DNA of 32,000 bases from NCBI GenBank assembly GCA_030604855.1, contig JAUVVC010000002.1:180001-212000 (forward strand), read 5' to 3'. The position numbers and the translations under genes were made by a program. The stretch's first letter is position 1, and each line of letters starts with the position of its first letter. This document shows, piece after piece, positions 17,255 to 26,851 of the stretch. The stretch comes from Erysipelotrichaceae bacterium (GTDB taxonomy: Bacteria; Bacillota_I; Bacilli_A; Erysipelotrichales; Erysipelotrichaceae). The notes beneath the pieces are model-generated. The model was not told where the DNA came from. It did not search any database and worked only from the letters and a program-made list of their open reading frames with translations.

Positions 17255-18705
17255 AGTTAAATCGATTATTTAATACAGCACCAGAAATAGAAGTGAAGGA
17301 TTTGGTGACCGATTCAAGGAAACCCATGAAACACGCTGTTTTCTATTGCCTTAAAGGGATGGTCAATGATGGTCATCGTTTTGTCGATCAAGCCATCTTG
17401 AATGGGGCTGTTGTGATCGTGCACAGTGATGAACTTGTATATCAACCTAATGTCACCTATATTCGTGTCAATGATGTCTTAGAGGAACTGAATCGTACAG
17501 CAGCTATCTTCTTCCACAAACCACACCAGAAGTTTAATTTGATGGGTGTCACAGGAACCAATGGCAAAAGTACGATCGCAAAGACCATCAAAGAGATCTA
17601 TAACCATTTTGATGCCTGTGGTTACAGTGGAACAATATCAATTGAATATGGAGATGTGATTGAAAAGCCGGATTACACCACCGATGAAACGGTCCCCACA
17701 TTGAAGATGTTGAGACGTATGTTGAAGGCAGGAATGAAAGCTGTCTGCATGGAGGTGTCAAGCCAAGGTCTGGACCAAAGAAGGGTCGATGCGTTGGAGT
17801 TCGATGTGGCGATCTTCACCAATCTCACCCACGATCATTTGGATTACCATGGGAACTTTGAAAGCTATTATCTCGCGAAGAAACGTTTGTTCTCACTGAT
17901 CAAAACACGCGGTTGCGCCATCATCAATGTCGATGATCCCTATGGCGCACGCCTATACAATGAGGTGAATCACCGTAAATACAGTTACAGCATTGAACAT
18001 GAAGCGGATTATCAAGCGAAAGATCTTGTCATTAAAGCCACGCAAACGTCATTCAATCTTGTTGTATTGAACAAAACATATCCGGTTGTCACGAATTTCG
18101 TATCAAGTTTCAATATTTCCAATTTGTTGGCGATCATTGCGGCTTTACACCAATCCGGTTATGAGATTGATGTGATCGTTCCCTTACTTATCAATCTTCC
18201 TCAGGTAGAAGGTCGGATGGAAGTCATTCAAGAAGGACAGAATTTTGATGTCATTGTCGATTACGCACACACGCCGGATGGTTTTGAAAAGATTTTCGCA
18301 TTTGCTAAATCGATTACTTCTCCCAACAATAAGATCATCAGTGTCTTTGGTTCGGCGGGCAAACGTGACCGCAAGAAAAGGCCCATTCTTGGAGCCATTG
18401 CGGATAAGTACAGTCAAACAATCATTCTGACGGAAGAAGATCCACGAAATGAATCCGCGCTTGAAATCGCTCAAGAGATTGCGGAAGGCATCCACCATGC
18501 GAATCACATCATTGTTTTAGATCGATATGACGCGATTCAACAAGCCTTGGAGCTTGCCAATCAGAATGATACGGTTCTCATTCTCGCAAAAGGGAATGAA
18601 CGCTACATCACACGTCAGTTCGGTAAGGAACAATGGATGGGCGATGATGTCGCGACGAAAGAAATCTTAAGAAAATCCATTTCGGAAAAGGAGCATCTCG
18701 TATGA
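17251..18705 (+). CDS. murE: UDP-N-acetylmuramoyl-L-alanyl-D-glutamate--diamino acid ligase
   Basis: [13 protein letters not shown]-loop, [34 protein letters not shown] Mur ligase motifs. EDPR at the position of the DNPR specificity motif. Confidence 0.9.
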   Translation: MKLNRLFNTAPEIEVKDLVTDSRKPMKHAVFYCLKGMVNDGHRFVDQAILNGAVVIVHSDELVYQPNVTYIRVNDVLEELNRTAAIFFHKPHQKFNLMGVTGTNGKSTIAKTIKEIYNHFDACGYSGTISIEYGDVIEKPDYTTDETVPTLKMLRRMLKAGMKAVCMEVSSQGLDQRRVDALEFDVAIFTNLTHDHLDYHGNFESYYLAKKRLFSLIKTRGCAIINVDDPYGARLYNEVNHRKYSYSIEHEADYQAKDLVIKATQTSFNLVVLNKTYPVVTNFVSSFNISNLLAIIAALHQSGYEIDVIVPLLINLPQVEGRMEVIQEGQNFDVIVDYAHTPDGFEKIFAFAKSITSPNNKIISVFGSAGKRDRKKRPILGAIADKYSQTIILTEEDPRNESALEIAQEIAEGIHHANHIIVLDRYDAIQQALELANQNDTVLILAKGNERYITRQFGKEQWMGDDVATKEILRKSISEKEHLV

Positions 18706-19364
18706 ATTACAATGAATACATCGATCATACTTTATTAAAGGCAAATGCGACTCAGGCTGAAATCCAACAGCTCTGTCTTGAAGCGAAGACGCATGCGTTC
18801 GCCTCCGTTTGTGTCAATCCATATTGGGTTCCTGTATGTCATGTAGCCTTGAAAGAAACAGGTGTCATGGTATGTACCGTCATCGGTTTTCCACTCGGAG
18901 CCAGTTCAACCTTGAGTAAGGCCAATGAAACACGGGTTGCTTATGAGCAAGGTGCGGATGAATTTGATATGGTCATCAATATTGGAGCGCTTAAGGATCA
19001 TCAGGATGAGATCGTTCGAAAAGACATCGAAGCGGTCGTTGAAGCGGCTCAAGGACGAACTGTGAAGGTCATCATTGAAACCTGTTTATTGAGTGAAGAA
19101 GAAAAGATTCGTGCCTGTGAACTCTGTGTTGAAGCAAAAGCCCACTTTGTCAAGACATCAACGGGTTTCTCTACAGCTGGTGCAACCTTTGAAGATGTGG
19201 CTTTGATGAAAAAGGTTGTCAATGGCCATTGCAAAGTCAAAGCAGCAGGCGGTGTCCGCTCCATGGAAGACATGCAGAAGATGATTGAAGCGGGTGCGGA
19301 TCGTATCGGTACCTCTAGTGGTGTCAAGCTTGTTCAGGGATTAAAAGCGAATTCATCATATTAA
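18702..19364 (+). CDS. deoC: Deoxyribose-phosphate aldolase
   Basis: [41 protein letters not shown] (Schiff-base Lys) and IGTSSG DERA motifs. ATGA overlap with murE. Confidence 0.92.
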   Translation: MNYNEYIDHTLLKANATQAEIQQLCLEAKTHAFASVCVNPYWVPVCHVALKETGVMVCTVIGFPLGASSTLSKANETRVAYEQGADEFDMVINIGALKDHQDEIVRKDIEAVVEAAQGRTVKVIIETCLLSEEEKIRACELCVEAKAHFVKTSTGFSTAGATFEDVALMKKVVNGHCKVKAAGGVRSMEDMQKMIEAGADRIGTSSGVKLVQGLKANSSY

Positions 19365-19365
19365 C

Positions 19366-19393
19366 TTGCAATTTAACTTTAGTTTGATATAAT
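19366..19393 (+). promoter_or_regulatory. Promoter of rpsU
   Basis: TTGCAA (19366-19371), 16-nt spacer, TGATATAAT with TATAAT at 19388-19393. Confidence 0.6.
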
Positions 19394-19426
19394 TACAACG
19401 GTAACTTTAGGAAAGGAGGGGAGAAT

Positions 19427-19606
19427 ATGCCAAGAGTCATTTTGAAAGATAATGAGAGTTTAGATGAAGCGTTACGCCGATTCAAACGTTCAGTATCACG
19501 TAACGGTACCCTCGCTGAAGCACGTAAAAGAGAATACTACGTTAAACCTGGAGTTAAACGTAAATTAAAGCAAGAAGCAGCGCGGAAAGCACGTCGTTCA
19601 AAATAG
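19427..19606 (+). CDS. rpsU: 30S ribosomal protein S21
   Basis: Not in the ORF track (59 codons). GGAGGGGAG RBS at 19415-19423. [59 protein letters not shown] is a typical bS21. Confidence 0.93.
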   Translation: MPRVILKDNESLDEALRRFKRSVSRNGTLAEARKREYYVKPGVKRKLKQEAARKARRSK

Positions 19607-19628
19607 AAGCGCAAGCTTCTTTTTGTTT
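19605..19628 (+). terminator. Short intrinsic terminator after rpsU
   Basis: 6-bp stem AGAAGC/GCTTCT with GCAA tetraloop, followed by TTTTGTTT. Confidence 0.55.
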
Positions 19629-19653
19629 ACATTTCTGTCTGGTGGCTTAAAAT
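19626..19653 (+). promoter_or_regulatory. Promoter of phoH-phoP-phoR
   Basis: TTTACA (19626-19631), 16-nt spacer, TAAAAT (19648-19653). GGAGG at 19660-19664. Confidence 0.55.
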
Positions 19654-19670
19654 GAAGTTGGAGGTTCGTC

Positions 19671-20627
19671 ATGACCCATCGTTTTGATTTAGATCCCTAT
19701 AGTCTTGAAGACAGCAAACTGCTCCATGGTTTCAACGATCAGAATCTTCGCTTGTTGAAACAACTTTTTGAAGTCGATTTCGTCATTCGTAATCATGAGT
19801 TGATTGTGAATACAAGTGATTGGGAACGTGCTGAACAGTTGAAATCGAGTATCTTGGCTTTGATTAAGCACATTCAATTAAATCATCGTTTAGATGAAAG
19901 AGATGTCATCTATTTATCCCATTGTGTCCTGGAGGATGCTCAAGATCAGTATTTCAAAGTCACCAATCAATTGATTGGAAGAACCGTATCCGGGAAACCA
20001 ATCTATGCAAAAACATTAGGTCAGAATCGTTTCATTGAAGCCCTCAAACAAGCGGAATGTGTGATCGCATCCGGACCGGCAGGAACCGGTAAGACCTATC
20101 TATCGGTTGTTTATGCGGTATCGTTATTGAAGAAGGGGGATGTCAAGAAGATCATCTTGACACGACCAGTTGTTGAAGCAGGTGAGAATCTGGGCTTCTT
20201 GCCAGGAGATTTAAAGGAAAAGATCGATCCGTATCTAAGACCACTCTATGATGCGCTCAATGATGTCTTAGGCAATGAAGCCGTAGATAAGATGATAGAG
20301 AAGGGCATCATCGAAATCGCACCTTTGGCGTATATGCGGGGCCGTACCTTTGATGATGCTTTCGTCATCTTGGATGAGGCTCAAAATACGACGAAGATGC
20401 AGATGTTGATGTTTCTGACACGCATGGGCTTTCAAAGTCGTCTCGTTGTCACCGGTGATGTAACGCAAGTCGATTTAAAGCAGAGCTCGGGTTTGGCACA
20501 TGCCAAGAAAGTCTTGAAAGACATTCGTGAGATTAAGTTTGTGGAGTTGAGTCGGATGGACATCGTACGTCACCCCTTGGTTCAGAAAATCATTGAATCG
20601 TACGCAAAGGAAATTGATCATGGCTAA
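19671..20627 (+). CDS. phoH: PhoH-family ATPase
   Basis: GGAGG at 19660-19664. Walker A GPAGTGKTY, ILTRPVVEAGENLGFLPGDLKEK, FVILDEAQN and VVTGDVTQVDL PhoH motifs. Confidence 0.92.
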   Translation: MTHRFDLDPYSLEDSKLLHGFNDQNLRLLKQLFEVDFVIRNHELIVNTSDWERAEQLKSSILALIKHIQLNHRLDERDVIYLSHCVLEDAQDQYFKVTNQLIGRTVSGKPIYAKTLGQNRFIEALKQAECVIASGPAGTGKTYLSVVYAVSLLKKGDVKKIILTRPVVEAGENLGFLPGDLKEKIDPYLRPLYDALNDVLGNEAVDKMIEKGIIEIAPLAYMRGRTFDDAFVILDEAQNTTKMQMLMFLTRMGFQSRLVVTGDVTQVDLKQSSGLAHAKKVLKDIREIKFVELSRMDIVRHPLVQKIIESYAKEIDHG

Positions 20628-21294
20628 AATACTATTTGTGGATGATGAGATCAACTTACGTAAACTGGTCAGCTATGATCTGAAACAAGCCGGATTCGAC
20701 TTCAGCATTTGTGAGAATGGTGAAGAAGCTCTGGAATTGGTTCGAAAACATAAGTATGATCTCTGCATCATTGATTGGATGATGCCTAAACTATCTGGAT
20801 TGGATTTAGTCAAAATCATGCGTAAAGAAGGCAGTGATGCGATTTTAATCATGCTTACGGCAAAAGATGAAGAAGAAGATCTTATTGATGCGTTCGAGGC
20901 GGGTGTTGACGACTATGTTCGAAAACCATTTTCTTCGCGTGAATTGATGTTGCGCATCCATGCCCATCTCAAGCGCTTGAAATTGATGCAGACCACCAAT
21001 AAAAGTCTAGCGGATGTTCAACTGGATCTAGCCAAACGAACCTGCATGATTAAGGATGAGATGATCATGTTGACCAAAATCGAATATGACTTATTGTTGT
21101 ATTTCATTGAAAATGTTAACAATGTTTTGTCACGTGACATGATTCTGAATGCTCTTTGGAATTTTGAATATGATGGCGATACACGCATCGTTGATGTGCA
21201 TGTGTTTAAACTCAAGGCAAAGATGAAATCAAGTCAACTTGAGTTCAAATCCATACGTGGCATCGGATATCAACTCGAGGTCAACCGTGAATAG
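20620..21294 (+). CDS. phoP: OmpR-family response regulator, PhoP-like
   Basis: Start at the ATG at 20620 (MAKILFVDDE), overlapping the phoH stop by 8 nt. Receiver residues DD...D(IIDWMMP)...T...K. C-terminal winged-helix LTKIEYDLLLYF...IRGIGYQL. PhoP call rests on context next to pst genes. Confidence 0.8.
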   Translation: MAKILFVDDEINLRKLVSYDLKQAGFDFSICENGEEALELVRKHKYDLCIIDWMMPKLSGLDLVKIMRKEGSDAILIMLTAKDEEEDLIDAFEAGVDDYVRKPFSSRELMLRIHAHLKRLKLMQTTNKSLADVQLDLAKRTCMIKDEMIMLTKIEYDLLLYFIENVNNVLSRDMILNALWNFEYDGDTRIVDVHVFKLKAKMKSSQLEFKSIRGIGYQLEVNRE

Positions 21295-22522
21295 GCGTTT
21301 TTTAATCAAATTGATCATTGCCTTTTTGGTTTTGATTTTGAATGATTTCATACAATTCATCGAACCGGTGGTCTTAACATTCATGGTTTTTGGATTCATT
21401 CTCTATATTTTTTATGATGAGATCAATTTAAAGAAAATCCGCATCGATCAACTTATCCGTCAGTATCAGCAAGAAATGAACATCGTGAATAAGGAATCCA
21501 GTCTTAGAATCAAACAATTGGAATCAATTGTATCCAACATTAATTTCCCCATGGTTCTGATTGATCAACTTGCTCAAATCTTATTGGTAAACGAAAGTTT
21601 TTTGAAATTGAACAACATCACGGAGATCAAACAGCTCAATGAGAACAGTCCGTTACATGCTGAGTTGCGAAATTTCATGCGTGAAGCGTTTCTAAAAGAG
21701 ATCAGTAGTCAAAAAACGATGAGCATTCACCAACAAGACTACAGTGCACTTTCCATACCCATTTATGAGAATAGCCGCTACATGGGCTGTCTCTATATCT
21801 TTCAAAACATCACTTATATTTTGGAGCGCGAACGTATCCAAAAGCGCTTCATTGCGGATGCATCGCACGAATTGAAGACACCTGTTTCCGCCATCAAAGG
21901 CATGATCGAGATACTCAATCGTCCCAACTTTAAAGACGATGATGTTCAACGAGATTTCCATGAGCAGATCGAGATTGAAACCAAGCGCATGGAAAACATC
22001 ATTCAAGACATGCTTACGCTCTCACGCAATACAGCGAAGAATGTCTTACTCAACATCGAACTTTTCAATGTTCAACAATTGATCAGTGATGTGGTTCGAA
22101 GCCAACAGTCCAATATTCAGCAAAAAAAGCTTAATATTGAGAACCATATCCCTGATTCACTTTTGATTGAAGCGGATCGAGATAAGTTTTACCATATCTT
22201 CTCAAACCTGTTGAGTAATGCAATCAAATCTAGCAATCAAGGTACGATACGTTTTAGTCACACAATAAACGATCGTTTCCTTGCGATTCAAATCAGTGAT
22301 GAGGGGGTGGGGATGCGCTCCTCTGAAATTCCCTATATTTTTGAGCGGTATTATCGTATCGACGAATCACGATCACGGGATACAGGGGGCAGTGGCTTAG
22401 GCTTGGCGATTGTAAAAACCTATGTCAATGCACACCAAGGAACGATTGAAGTTGAATCTGAAGAAGATAAAGGTTCGACGTTTACCTGTAATTTCCCAAT
22501 CCGAATTGTTAATAAAACTTAA
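21287..22522 (+). CDS. phoR: Sensor histidine kinase, PhoR-like
   Basis: The GTG at 21287 follows GAGG (21277-21280) and overlaps the phoP stop by 8 nt. The ORF-track start at 21239 is a TTG with no RBS. Two N-terminal TM helices. H-box FIADASHELKTPVSAI. N, G1 and G2 boxes (LLSNAIKS, DEGVGM, GGSGLGLAIV). Confidence 0.82.
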   Translation: MNRRFLIKLIIAFLVLILNDFIQFIEPVVLTFMVFGFILYIFYDEINLKKIRIDQLIRQYQQEMNIVNKESSLRIKQLESIVSNINFPMVLIDQLAQILLVNESFLKLNNITEIKQLNENSPLHAELRNFMREAFLKEISSQKTMSIHQQDYSALSIPIYENSRYMGCLYIFQNITYILERERIQKRFIADASHELKTPVSAIKGMIEILNRPNFKDDDVQRDFHEQIEIETKRMENIIQDMLTLSRNTAKNVLLNIELFNVQQLISDVVRSQQSNIQQKKLNIENHIPDSLLIEADRDKFYHIFSNLLSNAIKSSNQGTIRFSHTINDRFLAIQISDEGVGMRSSEIPYIFERYYRIDESRSRDTGGSGLGLAIVKTYVNAHQGTIEVESEEDKGSTFTCNFPIRIVNKT

Positions 22523-22572
22523 CATCGCATTAACATTCATTAAACCAATCTATTTTAAGGATTTCATATACT
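22509..22572 (+). promoter_or_regulatory. Pho box (four phased PhoP-type hexamers) plus the -10 of the pst promoter
   Basis: TTAATA at 22509, TTAACA at 22519, TTAACA at 22530, TTAAAC at 22540, with spacings of 10, 11 and 10 nt. TATACT -10 at 22567-22572 and no canonical -35. The first two repeats overlap the 3' end and stop codon of phoR. Confidence 0.7.
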
Positions 22573-22600
22573 AGTCTCAGGAGCAATCCTAGGAGGAAAT

Positions 22601-23539
22601 ATGAAATTTTTTCGTTTAGTAAGCGCGGGATTAATTTTAGGATTAACACTAAGCGCATGTACGGCTGCTGAGTCGAATGTTCAAGAAGAAACAAAACTAT
22701 CGGGATCGATCTCCATCGATGGATCATCCACAGTCTTCCCAATCACTGAATTGGCTGCAGAAGACTTCAATGCTGAAAACAGTGATGTTCAAATCACTGT
22801 AGGATTTTCTGGCACTGGGGGTGGATTCACAAAATTCGCTGCAAAAGAGATTGAGATCGCGGGAGCTTCGCGTCCAATCAAGACGGCTGAAGCGGAAGCT
22901 GCCACAGCTGCTGGCATCGAGTATGTTGAGTTGATGGTCGCATATGATGGCTTATCCGTAGTTGTTTCTAAAGATAATACATGGTTGGATTATTTAACGA
23001 TTGAAGAATTGGCTAAACTGTATGGTCCAGAAGCGACCGCTACAAAATGGAGTGAAATTCGCGAAGGTTTCCCAGAAACCGATATCAAATTGTACTCCCC
23101 AGGACATGATTCCGGTACCTTCGATTACTTCACAGAAGCCGTCAATGGTAAAGGTGGCTTGATTCGTCAAGACAATGAGACTGTTAAGATTTTCTTCAGT
23201 GAAGATGACAACGCACTCGTAACGGGTGTTGCGGGTGATGCGGGTTCCATTGGTTACTTTGGTTTCGCATATTATGAGGAAAATGCAGACAAGTTGAAAT
23301 TGGTTCCAATCCAAAAAGCTGATGCACCTGTTACGCCGAGCTTCGATACAATCAGTAACAGCTCCTATCCTCTCTCACGTCCATTGTTTATTTACGTAAA
23401 CAAAGAAACCTTGGCACGTGAAGAAGTCAAAGCGTTTGTAACATTCTACATTGAAAATGCAGGCGATCTTGCAGGTGAAGTTGGCTATGTCGCGCTTCCA
23501 GATGCAATGTATGCAGAAGCTTTAACTAAGCTTAATTAA
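22601..23539 (+). CDS. pstS: Phosphate ABC transporter substrate-binding lipoprotein
   Basis: AGGAGG RBS. Lipobox LSAC (Cys20). [16 protein letters not shown] and SGTFDYF PstS-family motifs. Confidence 0.92.
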   Translation: MKFFRLVSAGLILGLTLSACTAAESNVQEETKLSGSISIDGSSTVFPITELAAEDFNAENSDVQITVGFSGTGGGFTKFAAKEIEIAGASRPIKTAEAEAATAAGIEYVELMVAYDGLSVVVSKDNTWLDYLTIEELAKLYGPEATATKWSEIREGFPETDIKLYSPGHDSGTFDYFTEAVNGKGGLIRQDNETVKIFFSEDDNALVTGVAGDAGSIGYFGFAYYEENADKLKLVPIQKADAPVTPSFDTISNSSYPLSRPLFIYVNKETLAREEVKAFVTFYIENAGDLAGEVGYVALPDAMYAEALTKLN

Positions 23540-23555
23540 GAAATCAGAACGAAGT

Positions 23556-23584
23556 GGCAAGGGCGCCATCAGCGCCCCTTTGCC
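23556..23584 (+). other. GC-rich intercistronic hairpin between pstS and pstC
   Basis: GGCAAGGGCGC / CATCA loop / GCGCCCCTTTGCC (imperfect, with a bulge in the 3' arm). No U-tract follows. Confidence 0.6.
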
Positions 23585-23600
23585 GTCCATGGAGGATTGC

Positions 23601-24491
23601 GTGAAGAAAAAGAAAACGTATATACAAGAAAGTATCATTCAGGTAATTTTGGCGCTCTTTGCGTCCATTTCAATTCTGACGACTGTAGGCATTGTATTCA
23701 GTTTGATGTTTGAAAGCGTCATATTTTTCAATGAGGTTTCCATCATTGAATTTTTCACCACAATCCGTTGGGCACCGGTGTTTGACCCACCATCCTTTGG
23801 TGTGCTGCCATTGATTTCAGGCACGCTCTTGATTGCAGTCCTTTCGAGTATGGTCTCATTACCACTTGGTCTTGGAAGTGCGATCTATCTCAGCGAGTTC
23901 GCCTCGTCTAAGGCACGCAAATTGATCAAGCCAATTCTGGAGTTGTTGGCTGGGGTTCCGTCCATTGTTTATGGCTACTTCGCTTTAACCTTCATCACAC
24001 CATTATTGAGAACGTTTTTACCCCAAACTGAAATCTTCAATGCGTTGAGTGCAAGTATCGCGGTTGGCATCATGACCTTGCCGATGGTTGCATCCTTAAG
24101 TGAGGATGCGATGATGGCTGTCCCTAACAGCATCCGTCAAGGTGCTTATGCATTGGGATCAACGCAGTTGGAAGTATCAACGCATGTTATCGTTCCTGCA
24201 GCATTCTCAGGGATTGCATCATCCTTCGTGTTGGCAATTTCGAGAGCCATCGGTGAGACGATGATTGTGGCAATCGCAGCGGGGCAGACACCTTCCATGG
24301 CTTTGAATCCTTTAGGTAGCATTCAAACCATGACCGGTTTCATGGTCAATATGGCTTTGGGGGATATCCAACAAGGTTCAATTGAGTTTAAAACGGTGTT
24401 CGTTGTTGGTATGGTTCTGTTCGTAATCACGTTGATCATGAATCTGATTGCGAAGAAAATCATCGCACGCAATCGTGAGGTGTACGCATGA
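23601..24491 (+). CDS. pstC: Phosphate ABC transporter permease PstC
   Basis: The GTG at 23601 follows GGAGG (23591-23595). The ORF-track TTG at 23580 lies inside the pstS-pstC hairpin. EAA-type loop SLSEDAMMAVPNSIRQGAYALG. Confidence 0.88.
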   Translation: MKKKKTYIQESIIQVILALFASISILTTVGIVFSLMFESVIFFNEVSIIEFFTTIRWAPVFDPPSFGVLPLISGTLLIAVLSSMVSLPLGLGSAIYLSEFASSKARKLIKPILELLAGVPSIVYGYFALTFITPLLRTFLPQTEIFNALSASIAVGIMTLPMVASLSEDAMMAVPNSIRQGAYALGSTQLEVSTHVIVPAAFSGIASSFVLAISRAIGETMIVAIAAGQTPSMALNPLGSIQTMTGFMVNMALGDIQQGSIEFKTVFVVGMVLFVITLIMNLIAKKIIARNREVYA

Positions 24492-25357
24492 CACGGTATC
24501 AAAAGAAGCTTAGAATGCGTCATTTCTATAATCAAGCATTCAAAGTATTGTTGTTCTTGGTCATTGTTGTTTCACTCTTAGTGCTTGTGACCTTACTGTT
24601 TGATATCTTTAGAAAGGGATATCAAACACTCACGTGGAATTTCTTGACATCGATGCCTTCAGGTCGTGCTGCCCGTGCTGGGATTCTTCCTTCCTTGGTG
24701 GGAAGCTTGGTACTTATCGCATTGACAGCGTTGATCTCAATTCCACTTGGCGTGGGAACAGCGATCTACCTAGAATTGTATGCGAATAGACGTTCACGCT
24801 TCTTCAAACTCTTACAACTCAATATTGCGAACCTAGCAGGTGTTCCTTCCATTGTTTATGGAATCCTTGGCTTGGCGATCTTTAGCCAAATGCTTAAACT
24901 TGGTCCGAGTCTGATCGTGGGTTCAATTACCTTGAGTTTATTAATCTTACCGGTCATCATCGTTTCTTCGAGTGAAGCGATAAAGGCAGTTCCAAGTTCG
25001 ATCATTGATGGTTCCTATGCTTTGGGTGTCACACGATGGAAAACAATCACGGGTGTCATTCTACCCATGGCGCTTCCAGGAATTCTAACAGGATCGATTC
25101 TGGCTCTCTCTCGAGCGATGGGTGAGGCTGCTCCATTGATTATGGTTGGGGCTGTCGGCTTTGTCACATTCCTCCCTGACAATCTCTTATCCCGCTATTC
25201 CGCCTTACCTTTGATCGTATTCAATTGGACATCACGCCCACAAGAAGCATTTGCACAAATTGCCGCTTCAGGAATCATGGTAATGATGATCATCTTATTG
25301 ATCACGAATCTTACTGCGATCATCATTCGTAATAAAACACAATCTCGGATTGATTAG
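24488..25357 (+). CDS. pstA: Phosphate ABC transporter permease PstA
   Basis: ATGA overlap with pst[22 protein letters not shown] permease loop. Six hydrophobic segments. Confidence 0.9.
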   Translation: MTRYQKKLRMRHFYNQAFKVLLFLVIVVSLLVLVTLLFDIFRKGYQTLTWNFLTSMPSGRAARAGILPSLVGSLVLIALTALISIPLGVGTAIYLELYANRRSRFFKLLQLNIANLAGVPSIVYGILGLAIFSQMLKLGPSLIVGSITLSLLILPVIIVSSSEAIKAVPSSIIDGSYALGVTRWKTITGVILPMALPGILTGSILALSRAMGEAAPLIMVGAVGFVTFLPDNLLSRYSALPLIVFNWTSRPQEAFAQIAASGIMVMMIILLITNLTAIIIRNKTQSRID

Positions 25358-25365
25358 GAGAACAT

Positions 25366-26121
25366 ATGACGATAAAAATTAAAGTTGAGAATTTAAACTT
25401 CTATTATGGAAGCTTTCAAGCCTTGCAGAACATCAACATCGATATTCATGAGAATCGGATCACGGCATTGATCGGACCCAGTGGTTGTGGCAAATCCACA
25501 TTCATCAAAACCATAGATCGGATGTATGATTTGATAGAAGATACAAAAGCAGATGGAACCATCGCTTTTGAAGGAATCAATATCTTGGATGAGAGTACGG
25601 ATGTTGTTGAGCTTCGCAAGCGCATCGGTATGGTCTTCCAAAAGCCCAATCCATTTCCAAAGTCAATCAGTGAGAATGTTCTTTATGCTGTGAAACGACA
25701 TGGCGACCAAGACAAGAAGGACTTTCCTTCAATCATTGAAAATTCCTTGCGGAAAGCTTCTTTATGGGATGAAGTCAAACACAAGCTTAACCAATCTGCA
25801 TTTTCTTTGTCAGGTGGACAGCAGCAACGACTTTGCATTGCGCGTACATTGGCAACAAAACCAGATATCATTTTGATGGATGAACCAACCTCTGCTTTAG
25901 ATCCCATTGCGACCTCAAAAATCGAAGAGCTGTTGCAGGAGCTAAAGAAAGAGTATACGGTTATCATTGTTACGCACAGTATGCAACAAGCCGCGCGTAT
26001 TTCGGATTATACAGCGTTTTTCCTCAATGGTGAGTTGATCGAGTTTGGTGAGACCAAAGAAATGTTTACAGCTCCACGAGACAAACGTACAGAAGATTAC
26101 ATCACAGGAAGGTATGGATAA
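25366..26121 (+). CDS. pstB: Phosphate import ATP-binding protein PstB
   Basis: GPSGCGKST Walker [17 protein letters not shown] signature, [12 protein letters not shown] Walker B. PstB-typical N-terminus [12 protein letters not shown]. Confidence 0.94.
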   Translation: MTIKIKVENLNFYYGSFQALQNINIDIHENRITALIGPSGCGKSTFIKTIDRMYDLIEDTKADGTIAFEGINILDESTDVVELRKRIGMVFQKPNPFPKSISENVLYAVKRHGDQDKKDFPSIIENSLRKASLWDEVKHKLNQSAFSLSGGQQQRLCIARTLATKPDIILMDEPTSALDPIATSKIEELLQELKKEYTVIIVTHSMQQAARISDYTAFFLNGELIEFGETKEMFTAPRDKRTEDYITGRYG

Positions 26122-26762
26122 TGGTGAAAATCACAACTGAATTGGAAATGTTTGAAGAATTGGTTTTCTTAATGAGTGAGAAGGTACGTCGCATGCATAC
26201 TTGGACGACGGACATCTTAAAGACAGGCGATAAAGAGAAAGCGTTGTCCATCATTGAATTGGATGAATATGTGAATCATGATGAAGAATTGATCAATCGT
26301 AGAGCTTTGGAAGTGTTGGCACTCTTAGCACCACTTGCCTCTGACTTACGTAAAGTCATCGTCGGCATCAAGATTGCGACAGACTTGGAACGCATCGGTG
26401 ACTATGCCAAGAGTATTGCTCGATATGTGATCAAGAATGAACCCATCAATGAAGCGTATCTTCCCTATGTCGAGACGATCAATTCAAGCTTCTTAAAATT
26501 CTATGATGCCACAATGGATGTCTATCGAGTGAAAGATGTCAAAAAGGCTTTAGAATTGGCTAAACTGGATGAAGAAATCGATTCAACGATTGCCAAGCTT
26601 TACAATCATTTGGAAAAAGACAACAAGGATCATGAAGATCGCACCAACGTCGTTGCTTTTGTAAGCATGTTGCGGAATTTCGAAAGAGCAGGGGACCATA
26701 CAAAGAACATTTTGGAACACCTGATTTATGAAGTGACCAACCAACGTTACGATTTCGGATAA
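26121..26762 (+). CDS. phoU: Phosphate signalling complex protein PhoU
   Basis: Two PhoU repeats with DLERIGDYAKSIA and NFERAGDHTKNI motifs. 1-nt overlap with pstB. Confidence 0.9.
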   Translation: MVKITTELEMFEELVFLMSEKVRRMHTWTTDILKTGDKEKALSIIELDEYVNHDEELINRRALEVLALLAPLASDLRKVIVGIKIATDLERIGDYAKSIARYVIKNEPINEAYLPYVETINSSFLKFYDATMDVYRVKDVKKALELAKLDEEIDSTIAKLYNHLEKDNKDHEDRTNVVAFVSMLRNFERAGDHTKNILEHLIYEVTNQRYDFG

Positions 26763-26777
26763 ATCCAAGCATGAATT

Positions 26778-26810
26778 AAAAAAGATGAAGCTGTCAGGTT
26801 CATCTTTTTT
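26778..26810. terminator. Bidirectional terminator shared by phoU and the convergent Na/Pi cotransporter gene
   Basis: AAAAAAGATGAA / 9-nt loop / TTCATCTTTTTT. The A-tract and T-tract flank the stem, so it can act in both directions. Confidence 0.6.
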
Positions 26811-26851
26811 AATATCAATTTTTTAGAACTCATTAAACAAGATTAAATCGG

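Noticed and set aside
22579-22596. The small palindrome AGGA-GCAA-TCCT / CCTAGG next to the pstS RBS as a translational control hairpin.
   Set aside because: The stem is only 4 bp and does not clearly sequester the AGGAGG RBS. It is indistinguishable from chance.
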